From Mayamaea pseudoterrestris (Eukaryota): a DNA stretch of 64,000 nucleotides. Positions 1 through 11,233 of the stretch are shown here, in pieces. The position numbers and the translations under genes were made by a program. Below the pieces are notes generated by a model. That model ran no database searches. It was not told the origin of the DNA and worked only from the letters and a program-made list of their open reading frames with translations. Each line of letters starts with the position of its first letter. The stretch's first letter is position 1. Where the stretch lies: NCBI GenBank assembly GCA_027923505.1, contig BROI01000001.1, positions 434,001 to 498,000 on the forward strand. Direction: 5' to 3'.

Positions 1-926
1 TGATCTTCGTCATTTTCTTCCTCATTCTTTCAATATTAATCTACACTCTCTTCTGGGTCTTTCACCATTTCCAATGCTATCATCGTGAACATGGTATCGT
101 CTGGCGGGAAGCTCCCATTCATGGCATGACACGAACATGTCCGCCGCCAACGTACGAAACCATTGCTGCTACTTCCGCCAAGCCCCAAAACATTTGTCTC
201 ACGACTCTGACGGATCGACAATCACCATCACTGATGCAGCGCATGGTACGATGTCGCGATTTTGATGCCCTTGAGCTCATTTCCTTTCCAAATCAACGAG
301 CATACGCTTCCAAACACAATTACCAATGGACAGATTCGTCGCATATGGTAGATCCGTCGCGGCCACCAGCCTGGAGCAAGATTCTTGCCGTGCAACACTT
401 GCTCGAGCAGCAAGCGTGCGACTGGGTTTTATGGCTAGACGCGGACGTGTTAGTCATGAACTCCAACGTTCGCATCGAACGCTTGCTTCCGTCGGATCCA
501 AACGTTATGCTGGTGGCCACGCACGATCGCAAATATACAGTCAACTCTGGAGTATGGCTCATTCGAAACAGTGCCTGGAGTCGGCAGTTTCTAAAGAACT
601 GGTGGAATCTAAAGTCGTGGGTTCGTCGGCCTGGCCTGAGTTTGAGTGGTGACAATGCAGCCTTTGGTCACTTGGTGGATCAAGTGTTGCGCAAGGAAGC
701 TTGGCGCGTTCAAATACCGGCGCGATGCAACATGAACTCGTTTGGAGTCTTTCTAAGCGAAACGCAGTATCAAAATATTGTTGTCAATGGTGGTGCAGAT
801 GCATTGAACAAGCAGGAGTGGTACTTGAGCGACCAGTTTTACCATCAGGGCGACTTTATCGTTCACGCGTCAGGCATTGACAAGAAGAAGGAAGTTTTGG
901 AAATGCTACTCGAAAAGGCTATTTGA
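1..926 (+). CDS. GT34 (MNN10/GMA12-like) glycosyltransferase, type II membrane protein, 5'-partial
   Basis: Frame is open from position 3 (IFVIFFLILSILIYTLFWVF membrane anchor). Motifs: YASKHNY, RPPAWSKI, WVLWLDAD (DxD), NSGVWLIRN, GDFIVHASG. Confidence 0.85.
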   Translation, partial: IFVIFFLILSILIYTLFWVFHHFQCYHREHGIVWREAPIHGMTRTCPPPTYETIAATSAKPQNICLTTLTDRQSPSLMQRMVRCRDFDALELISFPNQRAYASKHNYQWTDSSHMVDPSRPPAWSKILAVQHLLEQQACDWVLWLDADVLVMNSNVRIERLLPSDPNVMLVATHDRKYTVNSGVWLIRNSAWSRQFLKNWWNLKSWVRRPGLSLSGDNAAFGHLVDQVLRKEAWRVQIPARCNMNSFGVFLSETQYQNIVVNGGADALNKQEWYLSDQFYHQGDFIVHASGIDKKKEVLEMLLEKAI

Positions 927-1313
927 TGCGGCAGCAATACAGTGCCTTGATTACCCCGCACCATATCTTCATGGCAGAGATGACGCTGATCGCCAACCCA
1001 ACAAGCTGCAAGAACTGCACGAGTAGTACTTGTATCATGGAGGGTTGCAAAAGCTTCAATACACACGAGACGCAAAGCTAGCGGAACGTCTGTATTTTGC
1101 ATGGAACGCTTTTTAGCATTTTCTAAGCTGAAGACGAGCTACATGAGAAAGGCGGATCAGTTCAGTGCCGGTACGATCGGCCTCGCCGCAAATTGCCGCG
1201 ATTCGGTTCACAAATCCGAACTTGCACCTCGATCATGGCCATGGCTTCGGATTGCATCTCACCAGAGCTTGACAAGACTCTGATTATCGCATTACAACAA
1301 AATTATACACGCC

Positions 1314-2835
1314 ATGTTTAACTTACAAGTTCTATCGTCCATTTTCCTTCTTGGAGCTGCCGTTGCCGTCCATGCTACACGAGTCAGCAATTCTCTCGCA
1401 CGGAACGTGTTGATCGTCAACGACTCTGACGAAACACTGACCGTCGACTGGGTCGATCCCAACTCTGGCGAAACTGTATCGTATTGGAAGGGTGAAAAGG
1501 GACAGCAATTGACGGTTGATTCGTTTGTAAACCATACCTTTCTCATTCGACCGACCGACGTATATGAGGCAACGTCTCCTTTATGCCCTTCGCCTGCGCA
1601 CGCCGCGAAACAAGACGAGTGCTTGAGCTTTCCAACCATTACAGTGAGCGAGGAACCGACGGAGCAGATTTTTCATGTCCAGCGAGGTCTAAAAGTCATC
1701 AAGGAGGAGGCCCTTCCCACTAAGATTGTCAATGACAAGGTTCGGTTGCTTGCTTCCGACATTGTCTTTCACTGCAAGCTCGATGCCGACGTGGCTCTAT
1801 TCAAAGGTAAATCGTTAGAGCAAGTATACATAACGCTGACGGAATGTCTTGAGCAACGAACAGCCAACGTATTGGAAGAAAAGAACGAGGAGCTCGCCTT
1901 GGAAGCCAATTTGCGACAGTCCATTGCCCACATGGCTGAAGATTACACTTGCAGTGATCCAGATCGAGAAACGACTAAGCCTGTTCGCGAAACGACATGG
2001 ACGTATCAGGATGTAACGCGAAATGTTGGTATTCTTCATGATCGTCCGGCTTCGCAGATTCACATCATTCACGATTTCATATCCGACGAGGAATGTCGAG
2101 CGATTGAGCGCGAGGCCAGGAGCACTCTGCATCGAGGCACTGTCGCTGATGGCAAGGTAAGTAAATGAACTTTGTAGGACATCATCGCGCCTCCTACATA
2201 TACCTCACGAAATTTTCTCGGTATTATTCCTCTTCCTTTCCTTTAATCAGGGAGGAAGCAAATTGTCTGAAAGTCGAAAAGCATGGCAAGCTGGCATCAA
2301 GGTTGATTGGACCAAAGAATCAGAAGGAGATTTGATTGCTGCCGTCGATCGCCGCATATTCGAATACACCAACCACGCCATGCGTGGCTACAATTTGCAC
2401 GTTGATGGCCAGGAGGACTTGATGAGCATTCAGTACTTTGGCAATGGCACTGACGATCCAACGCCGGATCGCTACATGCCGCACTGTGACGGCGATTGCG
2501 ACGGCCTGCCGCACAAGACGGGAGGTCGAGTGGCCACGGTTGTCATGTACTGCGACGTTCCTGCTCTTGGTGGCGGCACCAACTTTCAGCAGAGTAACGT
2601 CTTTGTCAAGGCGCAAAAGAATGCTGCTGCCTTTTTTGCCTACATGGATCCGGTCACCAAGCTCCAAGACAATGCTTTTACAACGCATAGTGGCTGTCCT
2701 GTACTGGAAGGAACCAAGCGCATTGCCGTGCAATGGATGCGCATTGGCGTGGATGAGGAGAATCCGTGGGATTCATTTGATACGAATACAATTTCGACAA
2801 AGGCAAAGCAGCTGGAGAACTTTTACAGCAACTAG
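1314..2835 (+). CDS. Secreted 2OG-Fe(II) prolyl 4-hydroxylase-like protein with N-terminal VHL-beta-like domain; 2 exons
   Basis: Signal peptide. Intron 2157-2250 (GTAAGT...AATCAG) joins two ORFs in frame. Motifs: HDFISDEEC, PHCD (HxD), GGGTNF, TTHSGCPV, TKRIAVQW. Confidence 0.85.
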
Positions 2836-2908
2836 ATGCGCATGCTTGTAAGACTCCTTGTATACATGTATTGCTACTTCCTCTTGTTACAAACTATCTC
2901 CTTGCTGT

Positions 2909-3781
2909 TTACGTCATCATGACATTATCAAATTCGTCATGTCCATTTCCCACATGCTCCATCACCTGCAGCAGTAGCTGCTGCACACCAATGCGAAGCC
3001 ACACCACCGGCAAGGACGAACCCGATGAAACGTAAGCCTGCGAAAGCTTGAGTGGCAACGTATGCGAGGCAAGCGACTGCACGCAGGACTGCATGACATG
3101 AATGCGGCGGGCTTGCAGCAAGTTTGTCAGGCAAGCATCCATGACGCGGAGCAAGCAAAACGTAAGTTCATTGGCAGTGACAGACGAGTGGAACGAAACT
3201 CTTGCGTTCGTTGCCGTTGCATCATCCAAGACGGATTGTATTACTGGCGTGAGCTCCTCGAGCACGCGCACCGCAAGCTCCACGGCCGCTGCGGGTCGAA
3301 GCATGACGGCCCACACTTGCGCTGCTGCTTCTTGACCATTCGGCAGTGAATTGACTTGGTTTCGGAGCCACTGCTGCAGCAATATGTCGTCGGCATGAGC
3401 AAGTAACTGGGCGCGAATGTGCGTGCCAATGGGAGTGCTGTCTCGATCCTCCAGTATCGCATTGACGGCAAGCTGAAACATGGCGTCCAAATGCTGCGGC
3501 GTACAGGCTGGTTTGGCTTGAGCTGAAGAAGATTGCTCTCCACTTGGTAGCCATGGACAGAGTGAGAGTTCCGACCTTTTCGTTATAGCTTGTTCGATAG
3601 TTTCATTTGCGCCATGTTCATTAGCGTTCAATTCACTCTCTCGTTCGTCCATGGCAGCCTTGGCGCGACGAGCCTCCACTCGACGCTTGATAATCACCAT
3701 GGCCAGCGCCGTCTTGAGGCAGCAAACCTCCTCGCGCGTCAAGTTTGCTGGAGGAGTAGCTGTAATTGTAGTATTCGTCAT
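2909..3781 (-). CDS. Hypothetical protein
   Basis: 290-aa ATG ORF filling the space between two genes; no motif recognised. Confidence 0.6.
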   Translation of the reverse strand: MTNTTITATPPANLTREEVCCLKTALAMVIIKRRVEARRAKAAMDERESELNANEHGANETIEQAITKRSELSLCPWLPSGEQSSSAQAKPACTPQHLDAMFQLAVNAILEDRDSTPIGTHIRAQLLAHADDILLQQWLRNQVNSLPNGQEAAAQVWAVMLRPAAAVELAVRVLEELTPVIQSVLDDATATNARVSFHSSVTANELTFCLLRVMDACLTNLLQARRIHVMQSCVQSLASHTLPLKLSQAYVSSGSSLPVVWLRIGVQQLLLQVMEHVGNGHDEFDNVMMT

Positions 3782-4179
3782 AATGATGAAGAACTTGACT
3801 GTGAGTGTGTGTCAAGCTGACAAGCGGCGCGTGAATGCAAAACGGTGGATCCGCAGAATTTTTTGTCATGTCTTAACGGTACTTGTTACGACATGCGAAA
3901 ACGGACGCTCGTCGCTGCTGCGCCGTGATTGGCACTCCTCTTTCGCCTCTTTCTGCACGACCAAAATCCATCGTCGCTGCATTACCGACAGTTGAAAGTC
4001 ACTGAACAGAACGATAGATTGGAGAGTGAGCGAGCAAGCTTAGCGGTATTTACGCGAGAGATAACGATTCGATCGGAATTGACGCACCTCCAGCTCAAGC
4101 AACGACAAGGAAGATCGAAATTCTTGTCAAAACATATGCTGTCTTTGGTCATTTTAGCAATCAACGAATTGCGTAAACG

Positions 4180-5615
4180 ATGCATCGAGACGCCGGTGCA
4201 GCTCCGTTTCGAAAAACGTTGCCGACGACCAAGCGAGGAGGGACAACAACATCAGGCAAACTGCTGTCATGCAAGTCATCAACGGTTCGAACCATTCTAT
4301 TGATTTTTCTCGCAGTCTTTTTCGCGGCAACCATGCTAGGAGCAAGACATTTGACAAATATTGCAAGTAATTCTTCGCAAGGCTCACTTGCTGCATCCAA
4401 ACAGAGTCTGCAGTTGCGCAAGCCGCCATCATACAGTGCAGGTTCCATGATGCGATTTCATGATTTCAAAGCACTGGCCATGGATCTGGTGCGACTTTCG
4501 CCGGAGGAAACGTTGAAGCAGCTCGAGCAAAACGATCCCTTTGGTACTCGAGCTTTCGAGAAGCGCCTCGAGGAAGCTGAAACAACCAAGGGCCGCATTC
4601 TGACGCTGGATGAAATTCAACTACTCTTTCCTTGCCCACGGCACCGCGTCAGTCTTCCCGAACGACGCAATCAAACCAAGGCGCAAGCCTTTCGCCAAGA
4701 TGAATCTGGCACATTCTTGTTCTTTCAGCATTTGCGCAAGGCTGGTGGCACGCACTTTTGCTCATTGGCGGAACGCAATCTACCAAAGGAGGCACTTCCT
4801 TCATACTACTGCATGCCAGACTATCATTGGACTCACTCGGACGGCAAGAAATCCACATGCGCCGGCTGTTTGTCGCAATGGTCAAACCAGGAAATTACGT
4901 CAAACATGAAGAAGATGCGCATTGCCGGCAATGAGTGGGACAAGTTTGAACCAGATCGCCACTTTGAGTTGGAAGCAGTTTTTGCCACGAGCTTTCGACG
5001 ACCTCTGGACCGAGCACTGTCGCAGTATCGCTTTGAATGTGTCGAAGATCGGGGCTGCAAATATACGGATGTAGGCAAGTGGTGGAAGTTTCGGACCGAC
5101 CTTCGCAACGTATATACGTGGACGTTTAGCAAGACGCGACGAGTCAGTCGCCTGAGTTTGAACAAGGAATTTGCAAACGATCGAGCGGAAGCGCTGGGTA
5201 GCGCCATTGACACAGTGGCGCAGTTCAATTTGGTCTTGTCCATGGAGTGGATTGCATACGCCGAAACGTCCATTCAGGGAATACTCGGATTTATGGACAC
5301 GTCGGCCGTCACGCAGCGCGTTCGCCCGCACATTACGCAAGCAAAGCGAACTGACAATCAGGAGCACAATGTATTGGGAGCGGCAGGCATTGCCAAGGCG
5401 AGCTGGACGCCAAAGGACTATCTTACGCCGGAGCAGGTACGTAGTATTTTTGTGCAGGGCTTTGTCAAAGGTGAATATATAATTAACACTTTTTGACAAC
5501 TTTTTACCATCAGTACAAGGAAATGAGCGAGGGCTTGGCCATGGATGAGGTGCTGACTGACGTAGCAAGGCGACTCTTTCTGGAACGACTTGTATGTCAT
5601 GATATGAAATCTTGA
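4180..5615 (+). CDS. Golgi-type sulfotransferase-like protein; 2 exons
   Basis: N-terminal TM anchor, FFQHLRKAGGT (5'-PSB-like), FRRPLDRALSQY (3'-PB-like). Intron 5437-5513 adds the C-terminus YKEMSE...DMKS*. Confidence 0.8.
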
Positions 5616-5920
5616 GTTGAAGTATCAACTCACCGTAACGGAAATGTATTCGTGGTGACATTACACCAGTGGGCTTGCACCCTTAACATCTACTCCTGTG
5701 AATGGCCAGTGGCATGCGGGGCGACTGGCTTGTGGGCAGGAATTGAACCAGGCGCTTTGGTTTTTGGAAAGACATCATCGACGGAAGTTTACAACGAGTG
5801 TAGTAGACAAGCATGTGCTGTTCACACAAACAATGAATGAAATGGCAATATCAAAACTCAAAATGTTTATAACAAAATGCGGCAAATGCCGCTAAAAAGC
5901 AAAGTCAAAACCATCAATGC

Positions 5921-8900
5921 TCACTTTTTACTCCACTCTTGCATGTTTGCAATCTCCACCATTTCGCTGACAATTTCCTGTCCACGCTCCTCCCATTCTT
6001 TGCGGTTGCGAATTGCATAGTTCAAGTACTCGTCGCTAGCCACTCCAAAAACACCACAATCCTTCAACTTCTTGGCAAGCGGAATGATGTAAAAGTCATA
6101 AAAGCCCATTTCACCCTTGTACCAAGATTCACTTGGGTCATTCTCTGACCTGCCTTCCTTCCAAGCCTTGTGGCATTCGAGAAAGAATCGCTCGTTCCAT
6201 TTGCGGTAGATATGCCAATGCTGCATTGTATGAGCAACATCCGACGCCTGAATCAAATGCTCCAATACAATGGTTGCCTTGCGGTTCACCGTATCCACTG
6301 GATTTTCGTCAATGGCGCCAGCAAACGCCAAGTTCCATCGCTCCTTTCGTGCTGCACCCAAACCCTTGTCCATAATGTCAGTTGCCAGCACAGCATTTAC
6401 AAGTAGCTGTCGAAAGCGCTGCAATTCGCCCTGACTGCAAAATATGGTGCGTCTAAGGTCAGCATAGTCGGGTTGCATCTGCGAGGAGTGGGAAAGAATG
6501 ACGAACGAAAGGTGAGCGACAGCTAGTGGATGCAACAGTGTCCGGACCTGTCACGACCTGTCACGCACAACGATACCTACCAAGAGACTCCAGCAAACGT
6601 CAATTGAATTTTGTTCCGCAATACTCTTCTCCTTGTAGTACTCAGCGATCGAACGACCTTCTTTGATTAATTGCATGTTTGGAACTCCGCAGTGGTCAGC
6701 GTCATGGATAAGCGTTCCCAACACACAGCTGAATTGTGTGATTGGATCAGAGGTGATGCCAAACGTATGGTCATGGAGCTCATCGCTATCCGGTACCTGA
6801 TCATCGTCGTCAACGGAGAGGACCGAGTGTGGCGCGACAATGCGAGAAAGCAGCTTCGTGGCACTCATGGTTACGTGCGAGGCATGCTCAAAATTATGGA
6901 ATGGGTTGTCGTGGTAAAGCGAAGCGACGTTGGAGACGTAGTTGTGTAGCTGATCAATCACGGCGGGCTCCAAAACAACCTTCTCCTGGTCCGTGTCAGC
7001 TTCGGGAACATATTCTTGCGGCAACTGAATAATTTCAACGACCTCGTCCAACGGAAGTGTCCCATACTCAACCAGTTCCTCCTCATTAGTATCAGACTCT
7101 TCCAGCTTGCCAGCCCTGCGTAATGCATTTCTTCTCGCAACAATCTGTTTCAGTAGACGAAGTAAAACATCAACGCACCAGTTAACTAGGCGCGCCTGCT
7201 TCTCCGCCAATTCTGCCGCCAGCTGCTCCTTTTCGTCAAAGACAATTGACATTGGAAGGCTTGCCTCCGACTTGCTTGCGTAGCTTGAATCGCCAGAAAA
7301 GGATACTGTGCCGTCCCCCTTTTCAGTACCCGCAATCCAGTAGGTTTGCATCTCGCCCTTGCCCTTGGCGATAATCTTTGTATCGCGTGGGGTGAACCAT
7401 TTGACTTTACCTGCCGCAATAAGCAAATCGGCAGTTTCCTGGCTCACTTGAATCTGCCCGGGCAGACCAGTGCTTTCCATGCGCGAAGCAGTGTTCATTG
7501 TGTCGCCAAAGAGCTACCGATATAGTTGGAAAGACATGAGAATGGGTTGACAATTCAGCGATATACAGAAGAAAAATGACTTACCTGAAAGCGAGCTCGC
7601 TCGCCTCGCAAAACCCCTGCTGTCACTGGCCCCGAGTGAAGACCAGCCCGAAGCTTGAGCTCAGCCGTATCTGGTCCCAGCAGTTGCTCCAGCATTCGCA
7701 CCTTGTCCTCCATGGTCATGAGACATTCGCGAGCGAAACGGCACATGACAACTGCATGATCCCGACGCGGTTGAGGCAAACCAGTCACCGCAACGTAGCA
7801 GTCCCCAATCGTTTCTACTTTGAATACACGGCGACGCTTGGCAATCTTGTCAAATGCGTGGTACAACGTCTCTAGTAGCTGGAACACTTGGGCTGTGATA
7901 CAATAACAGGTGGATTTGACGGTGAGTCAACAATGTATGCATTGTCAGCATAACGTATCATACTTCTGTCACTCACTCGGCTCGCGCACACTCGACCACG
8001 CCGTGAATCCGGCAATATCCGCAAACATGATTGTCGTTTCGGGAAACAAGTCGGCGATCGGCTTGTCGCGATGCACCAGTCCATCGCCAAACTCGGAGCC
8101 TTCCTCCTCGGCCGCTGTTCCATGCACCGACGCTGCACCCTGCATCATTTCTGCCATGATGCTATTGCTGGCTGGAGCATTCTTAAGAGGCATCTGCAAT
8201 TGCTGTTCGGCAATCATGCGGTCGCGAACAATCTTTGGAAACAGCGAGGTCAGAATGGAATTGGCCTGGAGCGCGGCAGTAATAATTTTGGTGCTGCCTC
8301 GGAAGGAAGTGAAATCCAAGTAGCGGAAAATGACAATGATTGCAAAAATTCCGCAGGCAATTCCAATGGTAAAGTTGACCAGTAGTGGCGAGTCAATAGC
8401 GTAAACCATGGCCGATGCGTACAATATCATGGAATAGCGGCAGTTACGCTTCGATGCAGCATCGTTCGCTTGCTCGAGCGGGAAAATTTGCTGCGTGAAA
8501 TCGTAGTCTGGATCGTGCAAGTCGCCCTCTCCAAGCAACGTTGCCTTGTGATCAAATTTGGTTTGAAAAGTGTGAGTGCATCAATGACTTGGCAGCGCTT
8601 GCAGTTTGCAGGCCCGTTTTGAGTCTTCACACGGCTTTCGTACTTACACCTCCGTTTTCGTTCAGCATGTACGTAACAGCCTTGGCGCAGGAACTATTCA
8701 AAATAATGATAACTCCCGGCATGTCCAAAGCTTGAAAATAGGTTTGATACGGCAGCAAGCCATTCGCCAAATCATTCGCAGTGAGTGGTTGTGCGTTCAG
8801 TTCCTCAATGACTGCAATGGACGCGTTGAGCGAGTGGACAAAGCCAAAGTACTGCGAAAGTGAAACAAAAATCATGCAAAATCAAATGAGTAAGACAGGC

Positions 8901-9422
8901 TCATCTGATACTCCATTTCTATTACAGCATTACAGAATCATTGTTACGTTTGCTCGTTCGCCGACTCACCTCGGCCTGCTTGCCTTCCAACGCCAGTCGC
9001 TTCAGAACACCAAAGGTTGACACACTGAGTATAATGCCAATGAGCAAAACGCTTCCATACACTATGAATCGCAGCTTCAATACTCGACTCGCTTCCGAAA
9101 CTGCCATTCGTTCCACTTGATCATCCGATTCGTCCTTGTCGTCGGCGTCGTCATGATCGTCATCGTGCTCCGTCGTGTCATCGTCGCTCGACGACTCGTC
9201 GTCGTCCTTGTCGTCCATATAGCTAGCCATACTACTGCTACCAGCAGCACCCTTCTGCATTGGCGGCGGCTGCTGCTGATACGAGTCTCCACTGTCCGAG
9301 AGTGAGTCAGCCATGCTGGCGAGCTTGCTGGTTTCCTTAGTGACATCGGGAGAGTCGTCGTCGTTGTTCTTGCTTGACTTGACGAGCTCCATGCTTGGCG
9401 TGGCCAACGTGACGCGCTTCAT
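5921..9422 (-). CDS. Membrane class III nucleotide cyclase (guanylate-cyclase-like) fused to class I phosphodiesterase; 6 exons
   Basis: Cyclase motifs FADIAGFT, VETIGDCY, RFQ|LFGDTMNTASRMES. PDE motifs FHNFEHASHV, HDADH, LATD, QASDVAH. Frame-consistent introns at 8852-8969, 8545-8647, 7893-7976, 7514-7584 and 6479-6580. Two TM segments. Confidence 0.9.
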
Positions 9423-10365
9423 AATAGCAGCAGTGAAACTCAGTCTATCTGACAATGTAGATTTGTATATTCCACTAGAGTTTCATGTGAATGGATGCTG
9501 TGGCTGATGGTTTGATCATGCAAGTTATCCTCGTTGCTTCTCAACTTTTGAGAGGAATTTGAACCGATTCAGGTCATTTTGGATGTTTCGAATGTCCAGA
9601 TGTGTGACGCATGTCAGGGGCAATACTTATTTCAATCGTGTCAAGGGCCTTTTTGATACTATTTGCAATGAGAACCGGTAAGACGTCTCCAGTCACTTTT
9701 GCGAGTCGACCATGGCGGAGGAGCCACAAAATCAAGCAAATTTGTATAACGACTTGTTGTCAAACATGGTCGAAAATACACGGAGCAAGATGATGACTAC
9801 AATTATGAAACGAATATGATATTCCGAGTCGTACCACGAAGGTCGTCTTGTGACAGGCGGCTACCTCCGACTTCCGACGACGCAAAATTTGACAAAGCTA
9901 CATGAATTCATTGAAGCGCTTAATGAACTTAAATTAGTCGGTGCATGAAGAAACAAGCGATGCATACCTAGCGTCTTGTCTACGAGCCCTTCCTTGGCCT
10001 TGCAGCAATATTGAACGTCAATCTTTGCCTCTCTTGGCTGCGAATCAATCAAGACGAATTAAAGCCTCCAAATTCCAAATTGTCAAGTGATTGCTTCCAA
10101 AACTCATAGAGCTCACGAATCGAAAAGTACTTCCGATATACGTCGGTTCCTGTACCAGTCGCGAAGGAGGCGGTAACTGTATAGCTACCGTCTCGGCAAT
10201 ATTCGCATTGCTTATTGCCAGTCGAGAAGGGTGCGTGGGCAAAATCCGAACTTGCTCGTCACCTTGCAATGAAACGCTACAAGGGTCAAATTGCATCGCT
10301 TCGCCGGCAATGCAAGACTACCAAACTGCTGCAGATATTAATTTTATTGAGGCTGTTATTCCAAA

Positions 10366-10809
10366 ATGCACCCAAAGTCTCAGCAGCAGCTTAACGCCGT
10401 CCACGATGCGATCGGTGCAGCCTGGCAGCAGTTTCACGTCGAGCTGGCAAAGAATGAGATGTTGCAGCAGCAGCGGCTGCAATGTAACGAGCAGAAGCAG
10501 CAACAAGCAACTAACTGTATGACTGCCATTATGCAAAACATGCCGTCGCAAGTAGGTATTGCTCCATTATCCATTCGTCATGCAGCGGCGGCCAACTATC
10601 AGCTGCAAATGCCGGAACCTTGCTATATGCTGGCGCCTGCAATTCTCCATGAAACAATTCGGCCACTGCCGCGACCCGAATATGAGTCTGACAATAGCCG
10701 ACACGAAGAAGTGCATGTGGAGGATGACGCGACGACGATGGTAATGATTGATCCAGAGACCATTTCCGAGATTCTCTGCGACTTTCAACGCAAGCCACGA
10801 CGCTCCTGA
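10366..10809 (+). CDS. Hypothetical Gln-rich protein
   Basis: 147-aa ATG ORF in an otherwise gene-free 1.8 kb gap; no motif recognised. Confidence 0.4.
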   Translation: MHPKSQQQLNAVHDAIGAAWQQFHVELAKNEMLQQQRLQCNEQKQQQATNCMTAIMQNMPSQVGIAPLSIRHAAAANYQLQMPEPCYMLAPAILHETIRPLPRPEYESDNSRHEEVHVEDDATTMVMIDPETISEILCDFQRKPRRS

Positions 10810-11233
10810 ACTGGCAGAACTCATAATGACTCGTATCACTTGTATAATCATCTAAGGAAGAACTACTGCCATGCGTTACACGGTGTTTATCTACTATATT
10901 GTACGTAAATTAAATTGTACCGGTATCAACTCTTTGGCGACATCATACAGTAAAATGCAGAGCTACATATACTGGACGGTCGGATCGGTCAGACGACGGA
11001 GATGACGATGTATAGCTATACATGAACGTACAAAACATGGTTTTGGATGTCGGCAGTGCAGAGGCAGGTCTTGTTTTGTTGGCTGCTGCCACATCGAACA
11101 TTGTCATTCGAGTATTGGCTACGTATTATGCACACCTTGTAACGACCAGCTACTAACTCCCAGGTTAACGAAGTGTAGCTCTATCAAATTTTAGCCTTGT
11201 TTCAGCTACGCCGCAACACCAGTCGCTTGTTAT

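Noticed and set aside
6479..8969. Apparent frameshifts or pseudogene in the cyclase-PDE (also FRE, CCT6, ASF1)
   Set aside because: Every break is explained by a canonical GT-AG intron that restores the frame and motifs.
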